This document shows positions 27,641-37,002 of a stretch of 64,000 nt of DNA, piece by piece. The translations under genes were made by a program, and so were the position numbers. Within the stretch, counting starts at the first letter, position 1. Each line of letters opens with the position of its first letter. Location: contig DZBJ01000004.1 in NCBI GenBank assembly GCA_022736275.1, positions 73 through 64,072 of the forward strand, read 5' to 3'. The stretch is from Rikenella microfusus (lineage in GTDB: Bacteria > Bacteroidota > Bacteroidia > Bacteroidales > VadinHA17). Below the pieces are notes generated by a model that saw nothing but the letters and a program-made list of their open reading frames with translations, was not told the DNA's origin and ran no database searches.

Positions 27641-27705
27641 AGTCGGCAGTCGGCAGTCAGCAGTCGGCAAGCAAAATCTGTCGGCAGTCGGTAGTAGGCA
27701 GTAGC
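27641..27705. repeat. heptamer-based tandem repeats (CAGTCGG/CAGTCAG/GTAGGCA), 10 nt after the hutU stop
   Basis: AGTCGGCAGTCGGCAGTCAGCAGTCGGCA..GTCGGCAGTCGGTAGTAGGCAGTAG. Confidence 0.85.
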
Positions 27706-27706
27706 C

Positions 27707-27733
27707 TTAATTAAGAATTAAGAATTAAGAATC
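27707..27733. repeat. (AATTAAG) x3 heptamer repeat at the centre of the inverted arrays
   Basis: TTAATTAAGAATTAAGAATTAAGAAT. Confidence 0.8.
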
Positions 27734-27742
27734 AGGTACTTA

Positions 27743-27865
27743 GGCTGAGGACTGCTGACTGAGGACTGCTGGCTGAGGACTGCTGACTGAAGACTGCTGG
27801 CTGAAGACTGCTGACTGAGGACTGCTGACTGAAGACTGCTGACTGAGGACTGCTGACTGAAGACT
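27743..27865. repeat. 14-nt (2x7) tandem repeat CTGAGGACTGCTGA x~9, abutting the ispF stop
   Basis: Near-perfect array. Its reverse complement (CAGCAGTCCTCAGT..) is related to the left array, so the two arrays are partly complementary. Confidence 0.9.
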
Positions 27866-28365
27866 TAAATATTGTCGGGAATCAGGTCTGCGATCAGGCA
27901 GACAGCCATCGCCACGATCCCCTCACCGCGGCCGGTGAAACCCATCTTCTCAGTGGTTGTGGCCTTTACTGACACTGCATCAGGCGATATATTCACAATA
28001 GCCGCCATGGTAGTGCGCATCGCTGCAATGTCGGGAGCCAGTTTCGGTAACTCAAGACAGACAGTACTGTCAATGTTCACAATCCTGTATCCTTTGCCGG
28101 CAACCAACTCCACCGTCCTTCTTAGAAGTATCTTGCTGTCAATGCCCTTGAACTCATCAGAAGTGTCAGGAAAGTGCGTCCCGATGTCATTCAGACCTGC
28201 GGCACCAAGCAGGGCATCACAAACGGCATGGATGAGGACATCGCCGTCAGAGTGGGCCATGCATCCTTTCGATGAATTTACATGCACCCCGCCGAGCCAC
28301 AGCTCACGACCCTCCTCAAGGCGATGAAAGTCGATGCCCTGTCCTATCCTGTGATGCAGAGTCAT
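27865..28365 (-). CDS. ispF: 2-C-methyl-D-erythritol 2,4-cyclodiphosphate synthase
   Basis: RIGQGIDFHRL, HSDGDVLIHAVCDALLGA, and TTTEKMGFTGRGEGI. Confidence 0.9.
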   Translation of the reverse strand: MTLHHRIGQGIDFHRLEEGRELWLGGVHVNSSKGCMAHSDGDVLIHAVCDALLGAAGLNDIGTHFPDTSDEFKGIDSKILLRRTVELVAGKGYRIVNIDSTVCLELPKLAPDIAAMRTTMAAIVNISPDAVSVKATTTEKMGFTGRGEGIVAMAVCLIADLIPDNI

Positions 28366-28373
28366 ATAATCTA

Positions 28374-29540
28374 TTACTTCTGGCTGAGACTGCGCAGGGA
28401 GTCAAACTCAAATCCCAGCGAGAATCTCAGTGTGCGTGCCAGGGGATTGTTCTGTGTGACCGGAATGAGGTAGGAGAAATCAAGTGAGAAAACACTGAGC
28501 CTGAATCCTGCCCCGACAGTAAAGTACTTCCTGTTCCCCTTCATCTCCGCTTCATTGAAATAACCGGTCCTCAATGCAAACTGCTGGTTGTACCAGTACT
28601 CAATCCCGATAGACTCGGTGAACTCCTTCATCTCTTCACTGAAACCTCCGGGAGCGTCATAAAAAGACTGGAAAATTGCAACCGGCACGGATACGTTAGG
28701 GTCCTTGCCTGCCAGGATTGTCTCCCCGTCAGTGTCATAAATCGGAGGCGTGGGCACAAGCAGCTTGTTCAGGTCGAAGGAGAATGCGATGGCATTGTAC
28801 CTGTCAAGCTGAACTGAGAAGGTTGACCCGAGGCGCATATTCATCGGGATGAAATCGGGGTCAACATCGTTTGTATAGCTCATCTTGGAGCCTATGTTCG
28901 AAAAGTTGAATCCGGCGGATATGTTTCCCTTTTTCGTGCCGAGATCCAGGGGCTTTGTATAAAATGCCGAGGCGTCTGCTGCGAAAGCAATGCCGGCTTT
29001 TGTTTCAGTAGTCCCGACGGTCATACCCCCGGTTATGTTGGAATAGATGAATCTGAGGGCCACTCCGCCTGACCAGTACTCGGAGAACAGACGGGAGTAT
29101 GCAACGTCAATTGAAAACTCATTAGGGTTATAATTGCGCTGATAGTTGCCGTAATCATCTGTGAACTGTATCTCTCCCAGTGACGAATACATAAGGCTTG
29201 AGGAAAGCACCTGCCTGCTGTCTATACGGTAATAGCCCGAAAGCAGCGCCAGGTTGATATCCGGCACAAGCGACCTGAGCCAGGGTGAATATGACATTGC
29301 GAAACCTCCGTTGCCGTCAATGAAGGCAAATTTGGCAGGGTTCCAGTGCATGCTGTAGAGATCAGCGGATGTGGCAACGCCTGCATCACCTATAGCACCG
29401 GCACGTGAGTCAGGTGCAATGGTAAGAAATGGCACGGCAGTCTGGATGACATTGTAGGGTTGATCTTCCTGTGCCACAACGGGTAAGCAAAATGTAAACA
29501 AAAAAGATATTGTGCCAACTATCAGGGCCTTGTTTTTCAT
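28374..29540 (-). CDS. porV: T9SS outer-membrane shuttle/channel protein PorV (LptO)
   Basis: TAVPFLTIAPDSRAGAIGDAGVATSADLYSMHWNPAKFAF. It is a 388-aa beta-barrel lying directly downstream of porU. Confidence 0.85.
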   Translation of the reverse strand: MKNKALIVGTISFLFTFCLPVVAQEDQPYNVIQTAVPFLTIAPDSRAGAIGDAGVATSADLYSMHWNPAKFAFIDGNGGFAMSYSPWLRSLVPDINLALLSGYYRIDSRQVLSSSLMYSSLGEIQFTDDYGNYQRNYNPNEFSIDVAYSRLFSEYWSGGVALRFIYSNITGGMTVGTTETKAGIAFAADASAFYTKPLDLGTKKGNISAGFNFSNIGSKMSYTNDVDPDFIPMNMRLGSTFSVQLDRYNAIAFSFDLNKLLVPTPPIYDTDGETILAGKDPNVSVPVAIFQSFYDAPGGFSEEMKEFTESIGIEYWYNQQFALRTGYFNEAEMKGNRKYFTVGAGFRLSVFSLDFSYLIPVTQNNPLARTLRFSLGFEFDSLRSLSQK

Positions 29541-29604
29541 GTTTATTCAGGTTCAGGATTTGTGCAAATATAAAACAAAAAAAAAGGCAAGTTATTGTGT
29601 CGTT

Positions 29605-32600
29605 TTACAAAATGAGGATACGTCCTGTGGATGAGCTCTTTGCCCCGTCGGAGGTTACTGCATCAACCCTCCAGAGATAGATCCCGCGGGCGAGTCTGCC
29701 GCCGTTGCCGTCACATCCGTCCCAGGGGATGTCGGGGAGGGCATATCCTGTACTGATCACATTCTCCCTGATAACCCTGACGATCCTGCCGTCAGCGCTT
29801 AAAATGGTTATGGTCACATCCATCTGTGAATCAGGCCTGTTGTGATCTGCAGTAAAGTTTGTTCCGTCAGCTGCAGGATTGGGAAATGCCAGCAGGTTCG
29901 TCAGCATGAAAGTGCCGCTGGCATCAACCGCGAATCTGAGGGTTGCCACCGAGGGATTGTTCAGGTTGTCCCATGCTCTCAGTGAGATGGTATGTTCGCC
30001 CTTTTCGGTGATGGCAAACGGGTAGTAGAGGCTGCCCGAGTTGTGCACACCCAGGTCTGCCCTGAAGAGGCTGTTGAGTGTCACCGCCCCTGACATATCA
30101 TCATCAATCCATGCTATGATGTCATGACCGATGCCGGTCCCTGTCGCATTGATGCCGGACTTGTCGCTGATGAGTGCCAGCAATGTTGGGGAGGTATCTG
30201 TGACTCCGCCATCCTTGAAAAGGGTGTCATTCATGAACAGTCTTATGACGGGTCCTTCGGTATCATCCAGGCTGTTTTCGGAAAACCCTCCCACGATTAT
30301 CTCGCTGAAGGAGCCGTTGATGTCCGTTGTTGCATCGTGTGCATAGTAGCTTACGGAACCTTTCCCATAAGTGTAGTTGATATCGAGCGGTACAATGAAT
30401 GAGAAGCTGAACCTGCCGTCTGCAGCAACGGTTGCTCCCCTGAATATCGCATTACCGGCAGCGGGGTAGGTCATTGGCGACCCTCCGTCGTTGGCCAGGG
30501 TGCTGATATTTCTTGCCTTATCAAATACGGAGGACTCCACCGTACCGTTGAAGCCGCTCATAATGGTGCCGTCACTGGCTTCAATGTGGCCGCTTACGGT
30601 AATAAGTGACAGGGCTTTAAGAGTGTCGGTTGTGAATTCCACGGATCTGCCGTTGATGCTGTCTGTAACCACTTTGCCCTGGACCGGCCATGCCAGTCGC
30701 AGTGCGGGATCACCCAGCAGCAGGAAGTTACGCTTGTTCAGCCCCGTTCCCGAGCTGACCTTTGCCAGCCTGATGATATCTCCAAGCCTCATTGAACGTC
30801 CGTCAGATGAGGTTCTGAAGGTGTAGTCATATATGTTCCGGTTGAGAGTGTAATTTGGAGCAGAATAGACCACCCTGGTGGTGCTCATGAGCGCTATGCC
30901 TCCTCCTTCAGGATTAAGCAGTACCATCTCCCCGGCAGATGTCCTTGCGGATATTGCTCCCGTTGACTGGTTTATATCGGCGTCATCAAACCGTGAAAAC
31001 TCACAGGTGGCTGTGATGAAAAGCGGAAGCATGTCTTTGTTCTTCCATGAGTTGATGTTGTCAGTCCTTATCACTCTTTCATGAGCGAGGCCTGACTCAT
31101 TCCCGTGTCCTACATAGTTCATTATCAGACACCCTGCTGCCATCCGGTCATCAATTGCCCTGACGGCATCAGGGTAGGAGTCACCAGTCACCGAGGTCAC
31201 CTGGCGGTAGGCATCGAGGTAGATCTTCTGAGTCGTGAGCGGAGGGGCCGCCGCCGCCGCAGTTGCCGCTAATCCTTCTGCATCAAGCATATGAATATTT
31301 GAATCTTCATCATCTGCAACAAAGCACAGAATATTCCTCCACGATCCCATAGCAGAGACCTGCAGATATGAGCTGATTTTTCGTACCATTACTCCTGCTG
31401 AAGCCGTGTCTGCTGCCGGCAGCCTCCCGATTCCTATATCCAGGTAACCGTCTGCCTCACCTTCGCCATCGTCGAGAAGACCGTAGAAATCATCAGATGT
31501 GAAGGAGAGCACACCAACATGTGCATTGACTGACTGCCAGGTGGGGATGTAGGAGCTGTTCAGGGGCGGAGGGGTCTTGTTCTCATATGATCCGTCACCG
31601 AACAGCAGCAGATATTTAAGTGATGAATTGCTTCCCCCACCCTTTACACGGATCATCCTTATGAAATTTCTGATAGCGGCAGCATCAGCTATCCCTCCCG
31701 AGAACTCGTTGTAGATCTGTTCAGGCGTCACAATTATTGATGTGGTGCCATCGTCAGCCAGATGGAGACCGGCGAGCTGCCGTGCGTGATTCTCAAAGAG
31801 CTGGTGGGTGACGATGATCATATCAGCCGGTTGGAGCGCGTGAAGGTCCTGGCTCGGTATTGAGGAGACAATTCTCACCGGCTGCCTGACCTGATCAGCG
31901 GAAAAAGCAACGAATTTCCTGAGGGTGTCTGTTGCCGCGGTGAAGAGGGTGTTGCCTGATGAAGAAGAGGTCTGCAGTTCCCTCGGGGCAAACGGGTCCG
32001 TGACATCCCATACAATCAGCGATGAGGCTCCCTCGATGGTAAACCGGGTAACGGCTGATTCAACTGCAGTGCGGCTGTCACTGATAAAGAGCGGTCTGTT
32101 GCGGTATATCAGCCGTGCCCTTGCAGAGAAATCGGCATAATCAATATATCCGGTGGCAGCGAGGTTACCGTTGGCCGAGAAGGTGAGGGTGAATTCGGGC
32201 GCAGAAGAAGCAGGGAGACAGGAGTCAGCTGCAGTGGCAATTGAGGCATAGATTCCGTTGAGGTCAGTCATGTTCACCGGGGTGACAGGCAATGTCTTCA
32301 GCAGTTCCGATCCCTGTCTGAGAGTGAATGAGTTCCCTGTATCTGACCGGCCCAGTACCCTGATCATATACCTGATCTTTTCTGTAACGATGAGATCGGT
32401 CAGTCCCGGATTAATGTTATTCGGAGTGCCGGGCACCACCTGCTGGTACCACTCTCTTCCCGACCTGATGAGGTTGATTTCTTCACGCTCATGCCTGAGG
32501 TTGACATCGGTGGCAGTGGAGAGGTGTGTATGCGGTTGTCCGGGCGCTGACTCCGTGATCAGCTGCAGAACTCCGGCCGGCTCAGAAGTCAGGAAATACC

Positions 32601-33012
32601 ACGCGGTATCGGAGTAAAAGTGCCTCATAAACTCGTATTTTCCGGCTGCCCTGTTGAATTTCCATCTGTGAGTGCCCTCTGCATAGAAAAGCATGTAATC
32701 ACCTTCGTTGAAGATACCGTCACTGCCCTTCACGCTCTTTACGGCTATTTTTCTGAGGTCGTCAGGTGCACTGCCGTCATTGTAGAATGATAGCTGGCCG
32801 GTGTTATTGCCATAGAGAGCGACGCCTGCAGGGTTTGTTATTCCCATCTCCCTGATCTTCGAATAGTCAAGCCTGTACACCCCGGCTTCAGTAACGGCAA
32901 TCTTAGCCCATTTCCCTTCACTGAGAACAGAGGAAGAGGCGTAATCCTGCGATCCGGCAGAAAGTGCCGGCAGAAGTGCTATGGCTGTAATGACCAGACT
33001 TTTAAATCTCAT
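29605..33012 (-). CDS. porU: T9SS C-terminal signal peptidase/sortase PorU (gingipain-type C25 fold)
   Basis: About 1,135 aa. The start was set at the MRFKSLVITAIALLPALSAGSQ signal peptide. It has a C25-like core (YLLLFGDGSYE, NYVGHGNE, FITATCEFSRFD), a C-terminal sorting-like tail, and the porU-porV pairing. Confidence 0.8.
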   Translation of the reverse strand: MRFKSLVITAIALLPALSAGSQDYASSSVLSEGKWAKIAVTEAGVYRLDYSKIREMGITNPAGVALYGNNTGQLSFYNDGSAPDDLRKIAVKSVKGSDGIFNEGDYMLFYAEGTHRWKFNRAAGKYEFMRHFYSDTAWYFLTSEPAGVLQLITESAPGQPHTHLSTATDVNLRHEREEINLIRSGREWYQQVVPGTPNNINPGLTDLIVTEKIRYMIRVLGRSDTGNSFTLRQGSELLKTLPVTPVNMTDLNGIYASIATAADSCLPASSAPEFTLTFSANGNLAATGYIDYADFSARARLIYRNRPLFISDSRTAVESAVTRFTIEGASSLIVWDVTDPFAPRELQTSSSSGNTLFTAATDTLRKFVAFSADQVRQPVRIVSSIPSQDLHALQPADMIIVTHQLFENHARQLAGLHLADDGTTSIIVTPEQIYNEFSGGIADAAAIRNFIRMIRVKGGGSNSSLKYLLLFGDGSYENKTPPPLNSSYIPTWQSVNAHVGVLSFTSDDFYGLLDDGEGEADGYLDIGIGRLPAADTASAGVMVRKISSYLQVSAMGSWRNILCFVADDEDSNIHMLDAEGLAATAAAAAPPLTTQKIYLDAYRQVTSVTGDSYPDAVRAIDDRMAAGCLIMNYVGHGNESGLAHERVIRTDNINSWKNKDMLPLFITATCEFSRFDDADINQSTGAISARTSAGEMVLLNPEGGGIALMSTTRVVYSAPNYTLNRNIYDYTFRTSSDGRSMRLGDIIRLAKVSSGTGLNKRNFLLLGDPALRLAWPVQGKVVTDSINGRSVEFTTDTLKALSLITVSGHIEASDGTIMSGFNGTVESSVFDKARNISTLANDGGSPMTYPAAGNAIFRGATVAADGRFSFSFIVPLDINYTYGKGSVSYYAHDATTDINGSFSEIIVGGFSENSLDDTEGPVIRLFMNDTLFKDGGVTDTSPTLLALISDKSGINATGTGIGHDIIAWIDDDMSGAVTLNSLFRADLGVHNSGSLYYPFAITEKGEHTISLRAWDNLNNPSVATLRFAVDASGTFMLTNLLAFPNPAADGTNFTADHNRPDSQMDVTITILSADGRIVRVIRENVISTGYALPDIPWDGCDGNGGRLARGIYLWRVDAVTSDGAKSSSTGRILIL

Positions 33013-33114
33013 CAGCGCAAAGATAATTAAGTCGGTTATCTTTACCCTCTGAATGATGATCATAACCGTAAAATATTAGCGATGCTGAAACGTTGATATT
33101 TAACGAACCCGACA

Positions 33115-34080
33115 ATGAGACCCAGATACATTACTTTCATACCCGGCTTGCTTCTGTGCATGATGCCCCTGAATGGTCAGGACACATGGTACGGGTCGGT
33201 GTCAGGCATGCAGGTGATGTATAATCCGGCGTGGACCGGTGCTGCCGGGGCTCCTGTACTTAACATATCGGCATACTCCTTTCTCCCGGGTAACGGTTTT
33301 GCCCTGAAATCAATTTATGCCTCCTGTGACGGTTATATGCCTGGCCTCCATGGCGGTGCAGGCATATGGATCTCTGACGACATCCTGGGCGTGGTGATGA
33401 ATGACCTCAGGGCCGGAGCATCATATGCTTATCACTTCCGTGCCGGCAGGAATCTATACATCAACGCCGGACTTACCGCTTCCCTTGTCAACAGGGGAAT
33501 CAGAACAGGATCAGTTATTCTCCCCGGGGACATAGATCCTTTCAGGGGTATTACCGGAGGGTCATCCGGTTATACCGCACCGGCAAATCTTTCCAGGTTT
33601 GACCTCGGAGCAGGCATAGCCTTCTCTTCGGAGCAGTGGTACGGAGGAGTGTCAGTCATGCATCTCACCCAGCCGTCGCTGAGTGATGATCAGCAGGAAC
33701 ACGACAGGCTGAAGCGGCTCTATACCCTTAACGCTGGCGCCTCGTTTAAGGCCGGAGGAAAAGGGTTGGCCCTGAACCCCTCTGCAGCCTTATTTGCCCA
33801 GGGAGAAGATGTCACGGTTTATTTAGGAACGGAGGCGCTTTTTAAGGGCCTTATGTCAGGACTTGCGATATGGCATGCCTCGCGGGGCTTCACCGCGGCG
33901 GAAACATCTCTGGGGTGGGATGCTGATCCCGTAAAGTTCATATTATCATATAGTTATATTCTTGCGGGCGGTGATGCACTCTTTAAAGGCACTGTCCTGG
34001 TCAAGGCCGGGCTATTGTTCAGTTTCAATAATGTTGAAAAAAGAAGGGCAGTTCACATAATAAAGTTACCCGTTTTGTAG
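33115..34080 (+). CDS. PorP/SprF family T9SS membrane protein
   Basis: Signal peptide, N-terminal QVMYNPAWTG (family pattern Q..YN..NPA..G), and a ~300-aa beta-barrel-like protein. Confidence 0.6.
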   Translation: MRPRYITFIPGLLLCMMPLNGQDTWYGSVSGMQVMYNPAWTGAAGAPVLNISAYSFLPGNGFALKSIYASCDGYMPGLHGGAGIWISDDILGVVMNDLRAGASYAYHFRAGRNLYINAGLTASLVNRGIRTGSVILPGDIDPFRGITGGSSGYTAPANLSRFDLGAGIAFSSEQWYGGVSVMHLTQPSLSDDQQEHDRLKRLYTLNAGASFKAGGKGLALNPSAALFAQGEDVTVYLGTEALFKGLMSGLAIWHASRGFTAAETSLGWDADPVKFILSYSYILAGGDALFKGTVLVKAGLLFSFNNVEKRRAVHIIKLPVL

Positions 34081-34153
34081 TTATTTTGGTGCAGAGTTTT
34101 GCAATGAACAAATTTTATACAATTAAAACTAATCAAGTAAACCTTATCTGGCT

Positions 34154-35644
34154 ATGTATAAACTCAGAGCTTTACCGGTTTTTGTAATTGTTGCTCTCTT
34201 CCTCTTTTCCTGCAAGGGAGGGAAGCAGGAAAATGTATCTCCGACGACTGGCTGGAGCTACAGGGATCCCAGGTCAACTGATGTAAATGATCTTGGTTAC
34301 CCTATCGGGGAGGCATCGGAACAGGTCACCGGTCCCAATCTTGTTCTCATTGAAGGGGGAACCTTTACTATGGGAAGGGTTGAGCAGGATGTGATGTTCG
34401 ACTGGAACAACAACCCCCGCAGAGTCACAGTATCTTCATTCTATATGGACGAGACTGAGGTCACCAATCTGGATTACCGTGAATATCTCTACTGGCTGAG
34501 AAGGGTATACAGCGATTATCCCGAGGTGCACCGCCGTGCTCTTCCTGACACGCTGGTATGGAGAAACCCTCTCGCCTTCAACGAACCATATGTGCAGTAT
34601 TATTTCAGGCACCCCTCCTATAACACTTATCCGGTAGTGGGAGTGAGCTGGCTGCAGGCCAATGACTATTGCGTCTGGCGTACTGACAGGGTCAACGAGC
34701 AGATACTTCTCGGCAGCAAGTGGCAGGATGCCAACGTAGAGCAGTCAGGAGCCAATAACTTCAATACTGAGTCTTATCTTGCAGGTCAGTATGAGGGTGT
34801 CGCAGGGCAGCGGGTTGACGAACTGCATCCGCGCGTACGTCAGGAGGATGGTATCCTTCTGCCGCGCTACCGTCTGCCAACGGAGGCTGAGTGGGAGTTT
34901 GCTGCCTATGGCCTAAGGGGTAACACCTTCGAGGAGAGGATTTATGAGAGGGCACTGTATCCGTGGGACGGACACAACGTGCGCAATGCGGCTCCGAAGA
35001 ACAGGGGCGAGTTCATGGCCAACTTTGTCCGCGGACGCGGTGACATGATGGGTGTGGCAGGTAATCTTAACGACGCAGGCAGCACCACCGTCGACGTCAG
35101 GTCATACTGGCCCAATGATTACGGACTCTACTGCATGGCAGGGAACGTCAACGAGTGGGTTCAGGATGTGTACCGTCCGCTCTCATCGGAAGATGTTGAC
35201 ATGTTCAACCCGTTCAGAGGCAACGTTTTCACCGACCTCAGGCGTGATGCCAACGGCCAGGTGGTAGAAAAGGACAGGCTGGGCAGGCTGCAGATAGATA
35301 CTGTAAAGCCGGAGGATGTGGCCAACAGGTATAACTACCAGAAAGCTGATTACAGGAATTACCTCGACGGCGATGTTATCTCAAGCATCTCTTCGAGCCT
35401 CGAGTGGTCAGGCAATGCCGATCTGCCCCAGACAGAGAGAATGTATGCGCAGAATGAGATTGACAATGACTACGTGACACTTATAAATGACAAGGCAAGA
35501 GTCATCAAGGGCGGTTCATGGAAGGACCGGGCCTATTGGCTCAACCCCTCAACCCGCCGCTACCTTGACCAGGAGGCATCACGCGATGACCTCGGATTCA
35601 GGTGCGCGATGATCAGGGTCGGAAGTCCCACAGGATTGAAATAA
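34154..35644 (+). CDS. gldJ: gliding motility/T9SS lipoprotein GldJ (FGE-sulfatase/SUMF1 fold)
   Basis: Lipobox LFSCKG, TGWSYRDP, TGPNLVLIEGGTFTMG, GNVNEWVQD and KGGSWKD. The conserved gldJ-murF adjacency is present. Confidence 0.8.
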   Translation: MYKLRALPVFVIVALFLFSCKGGKQENVSPTTGWSYRDPRSTDVNDLGYPIGEASEQVTGPNLVLIEGGTFTMGRVEQDVMFDWNNNPRRVTVSSFYMDETEVTNLDYREYLYWLRRVYSDYPEVHRRALPDTLVWRNPLAFNEPYVQYYFRHPSYNTYPVVGVSWLQANDYCVWRTDRVNEQILLGSKWQDANVEQSGANNFNTESYLAGQYEGVAGQRVDELHPRVRQEDGILLPRYRLPTEAEWEFAAYGLRGNTFEERIYERALYPWDGHNVRNAAPKNRGEFMANFVRGRGDMMGVAGNLNDAGSTTVDVRSYWPNDYGLYCMAGNVNEWVQDVYRPLSSEDVDMFNPFRGNVFTDLRRDANGQVVEKDRLGRLQIDTVKPEDVANRYNYQKADYRNYLDGDVISSISSSLEWSGNADLPQTERMYAQNEIDNDYVTLINDKARVIKGGSWKDRAYWLNPSTRRYLDQEASRDDLGFRCAMIRVGSPTGLK

Positions 35645-35666
35645 CAAGATTATCACGAAACATAAA

Positions 35667-35701
35667 AGGCCTCATTATGAATAATAATGGGGCTTCTTTT
35701 T
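35667..35701 (+). terminator. intrinsic terminator after gldJ
   Basis: GCCTCATTAT-gaata-ATAATGGGGC, a 10-bp stem with 1 G-U pair, followed by TTCTTTTT. Confidence 0.55.
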
Positions 35702-35709
35702 AGAATAAA

Positions 35710-37002
35710 ATGGATACTGAAGGATTATATGAGCTTTACCGGAGCTCTGCAGGCATAGCCACTGATTCGAGATCAGTGAGGGAGGGAGAGATTTTCTTTG
35801 CACTCAAAGGCCCCGCTCATGACGGCAACAGTCATGCGCTGGCAGCTGTGGCCGCCGGTGCGCTGGCGGCGGTTGTTGATGACCGCTCACTGTCAGGTGA
35901 TAAACTTGTTTTGGCAGACGATGTCCTTCAGGCACTGACAGCCCTTGCCGCCTTCCGCCGCCGCAGGCTGACGGTTCCCGTCATAGCCGTCACCGGCACC
36001 AACGGCAAGACGACAACCAAGGAGCTGATAACCGCTGTTCTGTCGAGGAAGGCGAAGGTGCACAGCACCGCCGGCAACCTCAACAATCATATAGGAGTGC
36101 CCCTGACCCTCCTGAGCGCTCCCGACGATGCCGGCTTCCTGGTTGTGGAGATGGGCGCAAGCCACATGGGCGAGATATCAGCACTCTGCGAGACAGCTAT
36201 GCCCACCCACGGTATCATAACTAATATCGGAACGGCACATATTGAAGGTTTTGGCTCATTTGAAAATGTCAGGTCGGCCAAGTCGGAGCTTTACAGATGG
36301 CTTGGATCCATCGGCGGCACAATAATATACAATGATGATAATGCCGTGCTCAGTGAACTGGCGCATCTTGCACGCCGTACAGTGCCCTACTCCCTGCCTG
36401 GTGGCCATCAGCTGAGAGCCATGCCCGATGAGAGGCAGAACATCCTTCTGCATGTAAATGCATCACTGGATGGGAAGGAATACTCCTTTGCGACACAATT
36501 ATATGGCGCCTACAACATTGATAACATACGGGCGGCTATGGCAACAGGACTTGTCTTCGATGTTCCGGTCAGTGAGATCATCGATGCGATCTCCTCTTAC
36601 AGGCCTGCCAATAACCGCTCGCAGGTGGTTGATACGGGTCGGAATACTGTGATCAGAGATGCCTACAATGCAAACCCCTCAAGCATGGAGAAGGCCCTGA
36701 CCTCCTTCGCTGCATTGCGGTCGGAAAAGAAAATGGTGATCCTGGGTGACATGCTTGAGCTGGGCAGCGAAAGCGATAACGGGCATGCTTCAGTGATTAA
36801 GCAGCTCAGGAGCCTCGGAGCTGTCAGCGTCATCCTTATCGGACCCCGTTTCAGGAGGGCAGCCGGAGATTTTCAGGCTCCTCTTTTCAACTCCACGGAT
36901 GAGGCTGCCGAATGGCTGAAATCAGACAGGCCCGAAGGGTACACAATCCTGGTGAAAGGTTCCCGGAGCATGATGCTTGAAAAGGTCTATCCTCTACTCT
37001 GA
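35710..37002 (+). CDS. murF: UDP-N-acetylmuramoyl-tripeptide--D-alanyl-D-alanine ligase
   Basis: VIAVTGTNGKTTTKE, EMGASHMGEI, DAYNANPSSM and VKGSRSMMLE. Confidence 0.9.
   Translation: MDTEGLYELYRSSAGIATDSRSVREGEIFFALKGPAHDGNSHALAAVAAGALAAVVDDRSLSGDKLVLADDVLQALTALAAFRRRRLTVPVIAVTGTNGKTTTKELITAVLSRKAKVHSTAGNLNNHIGVPLTLLSAPDDAGFLVVEMGASHMGEISALCETAMPTHGIITNIGTAHIEGFGSFENVRSAKSELYRWLGSIGGTIIYNDDNAVLSELAHLARRTVPYSLPGGHQLRAMPDERQNILLHVNASLDGKEYSFATQLYGAYNIDNIRAAMATGLVFDVPVSEIIDAISSYRPANNRSQVVDTGRNTVIRDAYNANPSSMEKALTSFAALRSEKKMVILGDMLELGSESDNGHASVIKQLRSLGAVSVILIGPRFRRAAGDFQAPLFNSTDEAAEWLKSDRPEGYTILVKGSRSMMLEKVYPLL

Noticed and set aside
27641-27865. A possible CRISPR array, given the long regular repeats.
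   Set aside because: The period is only 7-14 nt with no unique spacers, and no cas genes are nearby. These are tandem heptamer repeats.
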